The notes under the pieces were generated by a model. It was not told the DNA's origin. It worked only from the letters and a program-made list of their open reading frames with translations, and made no database searches. From Marsupella aquatica (Eukaryota; Plantae; Marchantiophyta): a stretch of DNA of 64,000 nt. The position numbers were made by a program, and so were the translations under genes. Below are positions 32,147-45,600 of the stretch, piece after piece; the stretch's first letter is position 1; every line of letters begins with the position of its first letter. The stretch is from assembly GCA_973895155.1 (NCBI GenBank), contig OZ316897.1:7244470-7308469 (forward strand), given 5' to 3'.

Positions 32147-32429
32147 GGAGAGAGCCAATAACAGGTGCCCTGCCGGCTTTTGAATCGCAGCTGCTGTTGG
32201 CCGAAGTCCATCTCGTGCAACGTTTGCCACCACGTCACTCGCTGCAGTAGCTATCCACGATCAGATTGAATTCTTGATTTTTACGAGAAGTAATCAATGA
32301 AACTCACAGCGAGGAGGAACCCTATGCCAAGTTCTGTTTATCGATGAGACCACTGACCACCACAGCTCTCCCGGTTAATCCATGTGTTCAGTTGTTGCGT
32401 TCAGATGCTTTTCTTGTACTTTTCCTCAA

Positions 32430-32900
32430 TAACCTAGGGTGGGAAATGATTCTGACTAGGAGTTTTGGAACTTTCACTCTCAGCAATTTTCTTAGTTACC
32501 TTGATACTCAGTACAAAACAACAAATGACTTTTAAAAGTTTCGGATCCTTCAATTCTTTGCACATCATTTTGGTAAGTCTCAATCCTGATTCCAAAGCAA
32601 AAACTTAGCCTGGAAAATGGTTCGGAAACTTTCGAGCCTTTAATGCTATTACATAATTCTGTCTAAATCAAAAGACAAATTTAGCTTGGAACGCGGATGT
32701 GAGAGGTCTGGAACATTCAATCGTAAATCACTTTGATAAAACTGATCCTAAGAACGAAGCAAATGTAGCTTTAGGAGTAGTTCGGGGGGTTTCACTTCTT
32801 GTAAATCTTGCTCAATCCTAAGCACAAATAAAAAACTAGCTCGGAAAATGCTTCTGAGAGTTTATAATCTTCAATGCTCGTCAGTGTCTTACTGATAACT
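32430..32900. repeat. Degenerate ~80-bp tandem array upstream of the lipase gene
   Basis: Recurring TAGCYYGGAAAATG...TTCAATGCT-like blocks at ~32605, 32681, 32766 and 32837. Confidence 0.45.
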
Positions 32901-34288
32901 CTCAACTGCAACTACAAGTAAAAGTACGGCAATCATAACGCGTCCACGTCATCTTAATGAAGTCCATCATTCTGAAAAATTGTGACATTATAAAGGAATA
33001 ATAATAATTTATTTCCGAAGATCCTGAGAAAGATTTTAAATTAGTACGAGATACAGGCCTCACTGTCATATACGCAGCACGCATTGCCAGAAAGAAAGTT
33101 AGGACGATCGAGTAAGTTCGCTCAAAATTAAAACAAAGCAGAAAATACATAGAATGCACGAACGCTATACGAATGGAGGACGACCGAAAAACATGGCACC
33201 TACTCAACACAAATTGCGTCTTCAAGTTGACCGCGTACTTCATGCCTCGGAAAGAAGCCATCAATACTCTCGCCGAAAATTCTTGCCGCCAATTTCTTAC
33301 GCCTTCTGGTTGCGAGATCCAAGCCAACAACAAATGCCAATCCTTGTGACATCAGTTGTACTGGTAGCTGCTCGACCTTTGATAGCAAAATCCATCCATC
33401 TCACCGTGCAAAGTCACCATTAGGTTCCCAAGGTAGCATCAGGTTCACCGCATGCTCTCCTCAGTTGTTGTAATTGCAATCTCACAGTCGCGCCAGTGCT
33501 ACAATCCCAGCTGAAGTTACAGGTGACGCGATGGTAGAGAGAATTGGCAAACAACTCGTGTAGAGAGGTGTTATCACTTCAGTGTCGACGGCATAACACG
33601 CTCACTATGAATCAGAAACGGACGAAGCTCGACAAAGCTCGACACACATGAAGACTACAATTGTGTTTATTTGATGACTATTAATTTCGACTCAGCAACC
33701 GCGGAAGGACTTCACAGAAAAGACGAGGACAGGCGTGTGTGCCACCAGATCAGACGTGAGGAGGCACCATCTGACCCTAAAACCCGTGCACAGCATTGCA
33801 ATCGTAAACCCACAATTCTGCAGCCCAAGCCAGCGATTTGAACCACACATCCTCAAGTTTTGGAAAGTTGATATTAGGATGGACCACCTTGATATAAGCA
33901 CTCCATGGACCGCTTACTTTTGACCCCAACTTTTTGACACCAAAATATATCACCAACTTACTAATAATGGCTAATTGCTAACATAGTTGGGATCTGGGCC
34001 CTACCATGTCAATGGAAAGAATCATGCATGACTTTTTCCTTATGTTCAAAGAATGAGCATTCAAGCTTGTGAGAATAGATACCAACAAGGAAAAAATATT
34101 TAGACAGAAATCTGTTCAATTGACTCCAGGCAGTTTGCAAGGATCCATACACTTAAGTTTGTTTATGAGAGCTTTAGTGAATATTGACCCCAAATTGAGG
34201 GTGGGATGGACCACAACTCAAAATGGACTAAGCACTTATGACACCCAAAAGCTAGCATTTATACAAAAGAAAATTATGTTTTAAACTA

Positions 34289-34500
34289 GGTTGCCACTAC
34301 AGTTGCCTGAATTCACAATACTGCCACTGTTTTATTAATATTTAGAATACTACGGCAGATTTAGTACAGACTGTGTACATGGTTACCTAGGTGAACTAGT
34401 TTTCTGAGTAACCTTGTTACTATTATAAAACCATGGCAGTACTATAATTACTAGAAGATATATGGCAGTATTGTAATTCCAGGCAACTTTAGTGGTAAAG
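34289..34500. mobile_element. ~212-bp MITE/foldback flanked by TA
   Basis: CCACTACAGTTGCCTGAATTCACAATACTGCCA (34294) is a near-perfect inverted copy of TGGCAGTATTGTAATTCCAGGCAACTTTAGTGG (ends 34495). Confidence 0.7.
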
Positions 34501-35201
34501 TACATAAAAGATGAAAGAATTTTTTTCTCTAAGTAGAGGCTAATACTTACAAACGGTGTATCCAATAGAGAACATGGATTAATGGGGAAAATATAGAGAA
34601 TTATTTTCTGCTAAGCTACCATCTTCTCATGAAAATAGCTCATGGGCGTTGTATGCAAATAGAATGCTCAGGGCCCATGATCCTATTCAAATAGAAGGGG
34701 TTCTATTCCAATTTTGGTGACAAAGTTTTCCACAAGACCACCTGGACATTCAAGAGTGGGTAATCTGTTCTAGTGGGCGTTTTGTTGGAAAGCCCTTTGA
34801 GTCTACTCTGACATCACTTTTGGATTAGACTCTGGTTGTGTCTCCCCAAAGAGTCTCCTGAATAGAATGTCCATGCTCTATTCAAGTACAATCACTTTGT
34901 CCAACCCAAGGTAATTTTATTTGGTTTCCTAATAGAATGCCTGGGAGTTATTTGGGAGAAGACATCAGGCAACTCAAGCCAAGGATGTGAGGTAAGTATA
35001 TATTTGTCATAAGGGGATGGAGAGGAGGATGCTTGGTGGGTTGAGATTTCTTGGAGAGCTCTTTGTGTTTATAGTAAAAGTTTTATTTACAGAGCATTGT
35101 GTGCCAATGATCAGTTTGCGTTTTGAGGGGCTCTTATCACTCATAATGCTCTGGAAACAAGACCTTCATACACTCACTGGCCTAAAAGAAATTATTCATA
35201 C

Positions 35202-38200
35202 TGTTAGACTCTACCTCTAGCCGGATGACCGGACCAGCCGGTCACCAGACATGACTATATGTACCACTACTCATGGCTATTCAGATATTCATTCTCATTC
35301 ATACTATTACACGTTATCAGCACGAAAGCTGAACCAGCGAAGCGAAGGGTAGAGGGACGTAATGCAAAGTGAAAGGGTTCGAAGCTTTGCCGACTGAATC
35401 GAGAGATGATGCAGGAATCGAAAGAAACAGAAGAAGCATAGAGGAAGCATAGATCGGCGTTCCTTACGTCGTTTAGCTACCCTAGCAATCTAAGAGCAAT
35501 GGAAAATTTTGTTCGCGATTAACAGCTTGAAGGACGAATCGAAATTGTTCTTCTTAAAAGATTTGAATGCTGAAAAGCGCCAGGATGGTCTTGAGGCCGC
35601 AGAGGGAGAAATGCTCGTAGAATTCACTTGAGATCAGATTTTTTATGCTCTTCGGCGAAGGAGATAGGAAGCGAAGTAGCAGAGACGAAATAGCTGAACG
35701 CGATGAGCCCAACCGAGGCTCTGTAAGTCACGCACCTCTGAGGGAAGATCTGCAATTTAAAAGTGAGTGGGGGAGATGACCAGGTGATTGAACGATTCAA
35801 TTGAAAATCTTGGTAAGAAGAAAGAAGCCGGCGAAGGCAGCAGCAACACTGGATCGGCGATATGCTGAATGCGAAGGATAGACGAACCCCTATCATTTCG
35901 AGATTCGCTTAGTCCTTAAAGGAACACAGTGATCGACCCAAGAGCACAGAAGCAATAGCAAAGGAGAATTAAGCAATCTAGCGGCGAATCCATGAAGACG
36001 GGAGAGAAAGGCCGCAGGAAAAGCCTCCTTGAATAGGAGTTCTCGGACTTGAGCCCTGCTGCGGAAAGAAGCCAGACAGGCCTTGAGCAGCCGGGGTTGC
36101 TTGGAGAACCTCAAGAAGACATTGCTCGAGAGAGGATGTGAAATCGTGATCGAAAAGGACCCGAGGGGAGATACGCGCCTTTAGAGATGGTAAGTATTAA
36201 TACAGATTGCAAGATGCTGGTGAAGCCAGAGGATCTCACTCTGCAAATTGTACCCACCGTTGCGCAAATCCGAAGGAAGGAGGGGACATAAAACATCGAT
36301 AAAGATTGAAGGAAAGAGGCACTCAAAAAGAAGGGCCGCGAGCAGCGAAAAGCTGCCAAGCAAGTTGTCGAAAGAAACGTGCAATGAGTACCGCATAAGG
36401 GCTAAAACCAAGTCAGAAAACAATGAAGAAATCAGCCTGAAAGAAGCCAGCCGAGAGCAGAAGCACCTGAGGACGGATGGCCACGAGAGAAAACGAGATC
36501 TGAAGGTCGCGCGTAGAGGCAACCCAAGGGAAGAAAACGCAACCTCAAGGCTCAAAATATCGAGAGAACGTCGAACCGAGCCAAACCCGCTAAGTGCACG
36601 CTCCATAACCGCACATAACCGCAAAACCCTCCTTAATTGCAACATCCATCAAAGATATTTCAGTTACAAAGCCAAATGTGCACTTAACCAGGGCAAGAGT
36701 AAATAATCACCCATAACTGCACAAACTGCAAAACTTCATTACTGCACAGTTTAACAAAGGAAAGAGCTAATACAAAGGAAATTTTGCAGTTAACCAAATA
36801 CCAAGGAAAACCTAAATCCTAAGTGCAAACCCTAAAAGTGAATTTCGGATTTGCATGCTCTCTCCACCCAGCCCAACTTTCCATGCCGCAGAAATGTGCT
36901 TTGTCGTTCCTACTATACTTATTAGTATATAAGCCTCAACTACCATTAAAAGGAATCAAGCCACCAACCTGATGACCAACCTAGAGAAATTAACATTTCC
37001 AGCCTTAGACATCGATGGTAGCAACTACCTAGAATGGTCAATGAACCTCAGAGAGAACCTTACCTCGCTAACCCTACTCCTAGCTATAGGGCTCGCTCAA
37101 CCTATCCTTGCCGGCGAACCACAACCAGACCCATTAACTAAAGCCAACGAATTGAAAGCCCTAGTATTCCTGAGACGCCACATCCATAGATTCCTCCAGA
37201 GACATACATGCACCTTACGACCCCTCGGGAACTATGGACAGCGCTACAGACCCGATTCGACCACCAAAAACTGATCGAATTACCTAGAGCCAGGCAAGAC
37301 TGGCTAAACCTGCGAGTCCAGGACTTTACCTCGATATCAGCCTACAATAGTGAACTCTTTAGAATAACCTCAACCCTCGCACTATGTGGCGAGCCAGTTA
37401 CGGACAAGGATCTGCTAGAGAAGACCTTGTCGACATTTCATTCATCGAATGTGTGGCTATCAACACAGTATCGAAACATGAAGTTCGGGCAATACTCCGA
37501 GCTCATAGCCCACCTCCTAGTCACCGAAAGAAACCAAGAACTTCTTTTCGTAAACTCTAGAAAATGACCTGCGGGCACAATGCCCCCAGGACAACAGAAT
37601 GAAACCCATAACATAGAAAATGAAGAACCCTCCACATCGAGGCAAGGCATTAAACGCACTAAGAATAGCAAACGGAGAAACACCCACAACAGGGGGAGTT
37701 TCTATAACCAACGTCCACAATATAACTCCCAACGAACCTTTAGAGGACGTGGAGGACGTGGTGGACGAGAAGGACGTGGAGGACGAGGAGGACGTGGCGA
37801 ACGCGGCGGTGGTAGAACATATAACAACAACCGTAGAAATGATTGGTCACAATCCCGACAACAACGGGAACGACCGAAATGCCATGAATGTGGCATGACA
37901 AACCACCTAGCAAGAAATTGTAAAATCCCGCAACACCTTAGAGATCTATACCAACGGTCCATCCAGGATGGACAAACCCCTAGGCCACCACCCCGTGAAA
38001 CCCACGGGGCGTTCATGGAGTCTAGTGACCCATTCCAAGACTTTTCAGACCTACGTGTCCAACCCGAGGCACACTTAGTGGCAAGTAGCTCCACTACACC
38101 AGATTTAAATAGTCCAAGCACATGTATTATCAACAGTGCGACCACGCATACTATCCTCAGGGATAGGCACCTTTTCCACAAGATTACACCCTCACGTAGA

Positions 38201-41200
38201 TCCCTGACCACTATAAATGGCCCTAGCCAAATAGAAGAAGGCTTCGGCCCAGCTTCCATTAGACTACCGCAAGGTACAGTGATTCACATAGAATCTGCCA
38301 TTTTCGCCCCGAACGCAACCCGTAATCTCCTCAGTTTTAGACATATACGAGCAAATGGACTACATGTCCAGACGGGCGACACAAGAGACCAGGAAGTGAT
38401 ACACTTGGTTGAAAATACCCCTACGGGGAAAATCATTAAAGAAACCCTTTTCTCGTATCCTTGCGGGTTTTATGTAACTCATATTGAATGCCTGCATAAC
38501 AATGCCAACACAAGCGAACTGCATGCGCTTTGGCATGCACGCCTCGGCCACCCCGGCCAATCAATGCTAACCAAAATCATTAAGAATTCAAGAGGCATTC
38601 CAATCAATACACGCCACATTCCAGCGAGCACCCCATGCACTGCATGCTCAGCGGCAAACTAATAACAAGGCCCACGACATCAAAATTGCCAACTAAAATA
38701 CCCCAATTTTTGGAAATCATCCATGCAGATGTTTGCGGGCCAATTAACCCTCCGAGCGGACCTTTCCGCTACTTTATGGTATTAATCGACGCATCAACTA
38801 AATGGTCAAATGTGACACTGCTTTCAACGAGGAACATGGTTATGCCTCACATTTTGGGACAAATCTTGTGCGTGAAGGCACAATTCCCAGATCACCCCAT
38901 AAAGACATTAAGGGTGGACAATGCAGGGGAATTTACATCCGAAACATTTGACGACTTTTGCACATCACTTGGCATCGACGTACAATATCCTGTACCTCAC
39001 GTGCATTTTCAGAATGGATTAGCCGAAGCGGTCATTAAACGCCTTCAGTTAATTGCACGCCCATTACTAATGCAATCAAAACTCCCTGTCTCAGCATGGG
39101 GACACGCCATATTACAGGCCAATGCATTAATCCAATACCGCCCATCAGCTTTTAATACCTATAGCCCATACCAAATTGCTAATGGTATTAAACCTGACCT
39201 ATCACATCTTCGTTCATTTGGATGTCAAGTAATGGTCCCCATTACTCCACCCAAACGAACCAAGATGAGACCCCAACGACAGTTGGGGATATACATTGGA
39301 TTCGACTCACCGTCCATAATCCGATATATGGAGCCTACAACTGGCGACGTTTTTAAAGCCAGATTTCTAGATTGTCATTTTGATGAACACATTTACCCAC
39401 CATTAATAACCCCTGAACACCCACAACCACCTTTGGAGTGGGAAAGACACTCGCCATTTTGGCAAGACCTTAGAACGAATCAAGGGGAGAAAGAAGTTCA
39501 ATGAATTTTGCAACTCCACAAGATTGTGGAAGAACTTCCTGACGCTTTCGTTGACACATCACAACTTACCCGCTCATATATTCCAGCTGCGAGAGCATCT
39601 GCTCGCATCGAATTATCAAGTGAGCCAGCAAGTACATCCCAACCTCATGCCAAACGAGGCAGACCTTTGGGATCAAAAGATAAACAACCGAGAAGGCGTG
39701 GTTCATCTATACCACCTTCACCTGATGTCGACCATACCAAATCTACATCCCATGAAGAGATCTCTATCCACTACGCACACACAGGTGCGATATGGGATAG
39801 AAATACTACTTCAATAGATGATGCTTTTGCATTATTGGTGGCAACACATATCACTGACGAGACACCAGAACCAATATCCATCTTTAGAATGCCAAAATAG
39901 ACCAGATTGGCCTGAATGGCAAAAAACTATAAATGGAGAATTAGATTCTCTACTCAGCAGACACACTTTTGGCCCAGTCGAGCCAACACCGCAAGACGTA
40001 CACCTAATTAGCTACAAGTGGACATTTGTCCGCAAAAGAAATGATAAAGGCCAAATTGTACGCTATAAAGCACGTCTGGTAGGGAAAGGATTTACCCAAC
40101 AACCGGGAATTCATTACGATGAAACTTACTCACCGGTTATGGATAGCACAACATTCCGATACCTTATCGGATTTGCCATTTTCCACCAACTACAGATGCG
40201 ACAACTAGATGTTGCAACTGCATATTTATATGGCACTTTAGACACTTGTCTATACATGCGATCACCTCCTGAGTTGGAGCAACGACGCCGAGCTTTAGCT
40301 CAAGGCGCTAAATCGCATATCCCATATTTACATAAGATCATAACGCAATTATCTCAAGTTACACCTCATGTGTCATCTACACATGTAACTCATAATAACG
40401 ACACCGCTGTGTCAACCGTACGGAATACTCGCCGCGGACTAGCTATCCGCGTGTTGAAGGCATTATATGGCCTGAAACAAAGTGGCAGAGTATGGTATCA
40501 AAGATTTACTGATGAAATGATTGCCATGGGTTTTTCCCATGATGCCATTACACCATGTTTATTTATTAAACATGTGGATGACGAATATGTCATCGTTTCT
40601 ATCTATGTTGATGACTTAAACATATTTGGGACACCCCAAATTACCGAAGATACTATTACTAGTCTTAAATCAATATTTGAGATGAAAGACCTTGGACATA
40701 CAAACTTTTGCTTAGGATTACAACTGGAAATCTTACCTACTGGCATGATACTCCATCAAACCACACAAACCAAAAAAATCCTAAAACAGTTCAATATGAA
40801 CCTAGCACACCCATTGACGTCACCAATGGTTGTACGTTCATTAGAAAACAATACTGATGTTTTTCGCAAATGCGAAGAACATGAATCACTATTAGGACCA
40901 GAAACTCCATATCTTTCTGCGATAGGAGCATTAATGTACCTAGCAAATCAGACTAGACCAGACATTGCATATGTAGTTAACTTACTAGCCAGACATAGTG
41001 CAACTCCCACAACCAGACACTGGAATGGAGTTAAACACGTATTTAGATATCTACATGGAACCACCGATACCGGGTTATTTTACCCATTTGGTGCAAACCA
41101 CGAGCTCATAGGATACGCGGATGTCGGATATCTCTCCGACACTGATACCGCAAAATCCCAAACTGGATACGTTTTTACCATAGGGGGTACCGCTTTTCTT

Positions 41201-42049
41201 GGAAAAGCGTCAAACAGACCCTAACAGCAACCTCATCGAATCACTCAGAAATCTTAGCTCTACATGAGGCTAGTCGTGAAGCCGTTTGGTTACGATCCTT
41301 TATAAATCACATCAACACCAAATGCGGCCTACCACCACTAACGAAGCCTACTAACATTTTTGAGGATAACGCAGCATGTATACAGCAGATCACGAAAGGA
41401 TTCATCAAAGGCGATCGCGTGAAGCATATAGCTCCGAAATTTTTCTAGACCCACGAGTTACATGGAAAAGAGATCAACATTTTGCAGATTTCAAGTGCAG
41501 ACAACTGTGCGGATCTCTTCACCAAATCACTATCGCTATCAGTTCACCACCGACACTGCCAGGCGATTGGACTACGGAGCGTGCGACGCATGATGACCGT
41601 GGAGGCTACTGCTCCACATGATACTTGATGATGCTGACGACATGCTGTTGACGACCGACTGATGAAACAGATGTTAAAGCTAGATTTACTATAGCATCTA
41701 ACTTTATACACTATTGATATTTATTACGACGAGTACTGTTAGGCTGCACTCTTTTTCCTTTAGCACTCATATTTTTCTCTGCTACACTGGTAGAGTTTTT
41801 ACTAAGCTAGAGCTGATAAAGGTTTTTTAACGAGGCAGTCTACCTCGCTTGTACTTATATCATGTATTTTCTATGAACATGATATAATAGGTATAGTCTA
41901 TGTTGTCTATATAGTTGTTACTATATATCCAAAGGGGAGTGTTAGACTCTATCTCTAGCCGGATGACCGGACCAGTCGGTCACCAGACATGACTATATGT
42001 ACCACTACTCATGGCTATTCAGATATTCATTCTCATTCATACTATTACA
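35202..42049 (+). mobile_element. Complete Bianca-like Ty1/Copia LTR retrotransposon (110-bp LTRs), coding region decayed
   Basis: LTRs 35202-35311 and 41940-42049 (2 differences); TSD CATAC; PBS CGTTATCAGCACGA; PPT AAAGGGGAG; gag from 36972 with CHECGMTNHLARNC knuckle; integrase HADVCG/RVDNAGEF; RT YVDD; RNase H. Confidence 0.97.
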
Positions 42050-42631
42050 CATACTAGTTTCAGTAGGAGTCGAGGAGAATTTTCATAATGAGGTAATCCA
42101 AATCTTGATTGTGCATTTTTCTCCATGAATGTCCTGAAAATTACATAGGGAAAAACCATGCAGGGCACTAAGCTTGAGGACTAGCTTGTAAGTGGACAGA
42201 GAGCACTTTAAGGTCCTGACTTCAGAGACAGCCCATGATTCTTCAAGATGGAGATCTTGTCCAAACCCTTCAAACCCTTCAGACATTAAGCTGTCTTGTT
42301 CTCGTAGCATTATGGCCAATAGTAGCCCCTCAAAACGAGCTAAGAAAACGAGGACAGTGCAGGACGTTACTATATGCATTTCCCTCTCGACACAGGTTTA
42401 AGGTACACTCTTGACTTCGGTAGAACTACATTAGTAGTGCAGAAGTAGAATAGTAGTGCAAAGCTACGGCTAGAGAACGGCTGGTTGATTGATGCACCAA
42501 AGAAATAACGCACCAGCATATTTCTGAAAGCTTTGCGGAATGTCGAGCTGAGAAGAGTGAAAGCCTCGCTCGCAGTAGAATCTACAGAGCTCCGGAGCAC
42601 CTTGTCTCAGTCGGTAACAAACTAGTAGAAG

Positions 42632-45600
42632 ATGGATGAATTCGTGCAGAGGCTGCAACTAGCTGCGGAATTGGCCGACCAGAGTGGAGATGACGCCGGC
42701 GATCTTCCAAACGCAGCAGACGTCGCTGCGAAATGCAGCTCTTGGGGTGTGACAGCACAACTGAAGCTTCATCAAGCGGAGGGCGTATCGTGGCTCATCC
42801 GCCGCTATGCCCGCGGTGTCAACGTCATTCTTGGTGGGCTCTTCCCTTCCGAATAATTTTACTTGTTGACAGGATTTCCTTTTAATAGAGTATTGAAAGC
42901 TGGAGCCGAAACTCGAGATTTGTGGAGGGAATCATCCTGTCGGTGGGCTCTAGTAATTATGGTTCTACGATTCAGAAAATTCCATTTCACGGATCGCACA
43001 TTGTAGTGTACTAAGTCCACTCTTTTATGGAGCCCGTTATACACAATTTTATCTAGGGGTTTTTGGAATTGGACCTCAATACAGGGGCTCACGTGTTCCA
43101 GGGCTCCAGTGAAAGGTAGTGAAACCAGAAACGCAAGTCCGGCTAGACCTTGACCGGACGATAGTTGGAGAAACGTGCTTTAGGATATGGTACGGAAACA
43201 GAGCTAGCAGATAGGACAAGTTCGGTGTTGCAGTTTAATTGCTCTTGCTGCAAGGGACAAAGCCAATCCCCTAGATGAAGGAAATAATTGAATTTTCACG
43301 TTGCATACATTATCATGAGTTTTTTGACCGTTACGGTCTCCAGTAAATGCACAATCCAAGCATAGTATGCTCTCCAAGAAATCAACTCCTGGGATCGAAG
43401 GCATGTGAATGCCTTTTTGTGTCACTCGTGTTTTAAATGTCTGTTGTTATAATTCTAAATGTTATTGGTTTGAGCTGATTTTGGATTTTGGAATTTGAAA
43501 TCTTGTCATGAATACCTATTTGGTGATGCATGTGCAGGGGACGAGGTTGGTTGATACACATATTTTCGAGACTGCATTTTCTTTTCTCGCCGTTACCGAA
43601 TGGCCTGCTCAGATTTTGAGAACTTATGAATTATGCCGTGGTCATACTGAAGGTGTACTGATTTTAGGACCGTGCAAGAGCACTTAAAGATGTTTTGACT
43701 GCGATTTGCGAGCGATTTGATAGTTTATAGTAGAAGGAGGATATCCTGAAAAACTGTGCAATGGCAAACCTGGCGATTACTCAGTGGTTGCTGAATCGTT
43801 AGGTTCAGAATCTGAGCTCTGATAAAGTATTGTGCAACGCAGATGGGGTTGGGCAAGACTTTGCAGTCCATTTCACTGCTAGCATATCTCAGGTCGCACC
43901 ACTGTTCTGGCCCTTCCCGTAAGCCTCACGTGCCCGCACCACCTACTTTGAATAATTCATACGTCCATATAGATCTCTTTAAGTCTCGCGGTAGCCTCAG
44001 AAAGCTCGGTACAATCTCGCAGAATTCTTCCACTGCTAGACCTAGCTCTCATTTGTGAATAACTTTGAGCATTTAGGCTGGGCTTGTTCTCTAGTCTGCT
44101 GCAGTAGTCATCATAACATGAATGTGCAGTCTGAAACGATCCACATTTCTTGTAGTTCCTGTTGTGAGTTCTCCCGGAAGGGTTGAGGTTTTTCAAAGCG
44201 TTTGTCTGAATTGTGAAATCATCAAGGTTACAGGAATAACTGCTCTTTTAAGGGGAATCTTAAATTAATTCTGAACAGGATACATGTCGTTTTCTCGTAT
44301 AAGCCTGATTGATTTCCTGTAAAGATTTCTCACGAATTCGATGTGTGTGTGGTCGTCTGACAGTGATTCTTGCTCCTCTGAGTGTGACTGATGTCTGGGC
44401 ATCAGAGATTGCAAGATTCTCCCCAATATTAACACTGTTACGATACGTTGGTGACAAGGAAGAAAGAGAGCATTTCAGGAAAATCATTTGCAATCACGTG
44501 AACAAGCAACCTCTGTCTTCACGAGTACATTCTCTCCTTCCCATCATGCCAAAGACATAGAGCTCCAATAATTTACTTTCCATGCATCCAGCATTCTTCT
44601 CGGGCCTCGACTGGTCTCTAGAGAACGTATCTGACAGTGGCTCGTGAACGCTATCGACCAGATGGAATGTAGTTATCGATCAGATTCTCTTACCATGTGT
44701 TAACAGTGCTTTTTATGGCAGTCTGATCCAGCGTTACCCTTTGATGTTCTTCTCACAACCTATGAGCTTGCAGTGGTCGATGTGAAGTTTCTGTCACGCT
44801 TCCGCTGGCGGTATACAATCATAGATGAAGCGCAGCGACTCAAGAACCCCTCCACTGTGAGTGAGATATCTGGAACTTGCTTAAGTATCTGCACGGTGAC
44901 GAGCCGGACAACTATCCGTCGTTTCTGTCACACCATTGTACTTAACTGAGTCATGATCTTTGTCAAATGAACTTTCTTATCAATATTAAGCAGCTATCTA
45001 TTGCTGTGAGGGGCTCTGCTCTCCTCTCGTGGCACCTCAGGATAGTGCTACGGCATTGTTGCTCTTCACGTCGTGGTCCCTTAGACTGCTTGAACTACAT
45101 CAAAAGATGATTTCTCTTATCTTCTAGAAATATTTTCAAGTGGCCGGAACCTGGCAACCTCTAGAATTCATGGGTGACTTGAGGGTAGAATTGCCTGGCA
45201 CTGAATCTAGAAGAACAACGTTTAGCTGTTTGACATTGCTTGATGCAGGTTCTGTACAAGGCTCTTCAAGGGCAATATATGATACCCAGGCGGTTGCTAC
45301 TGACTGGCACCCCGGTGCAAAACAATCTCTCTGAGCTGTGGTCGCTGCTGCACTTCTCCATGCCATTAGTTTTCGACAACCTCACAAAATTCCTGGAAGC
45401 TTTTGGATCTGCTGCTTTAGCACCTCAAGGTACTGTGGATTCACTGATTGAGTCAGGTTAACGTCATACAGATGATACATTGCAGGGTTCAAATTTCATT
45501 GGGGGTACTGTAGAAATCTGACACCTTGCGATGGAACTTTTCCCAGTGGTTAATATTGTTGGTAACAATGGTGCAGACCTTTTGAAAGACGGTTTAGAGC

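Noticed and set aside
35624-36645. Chain of antisense ORFs in the Copia leader
   Set aside because: The minus strand is A-poor so stop codons are rare by chance; no recognisable motifs.
37741-37815. GGACGTGGA repeat encoding RGG
   Set aside because: Ordinary RGG-rich nucleocapsid region of Gag.
33899-42360. Possible TIR element with AATAGAA repeats surrounding the 35202 Copia
   Set aside because: Could not identify convincing matching termini or a TSD.
44824-44835. DEAQ instead of DEAH in the SNF2 ATPase
   Set aside because: DEAQ is a common variant in SNF2 subfamilies and is not evidence of inactivation.
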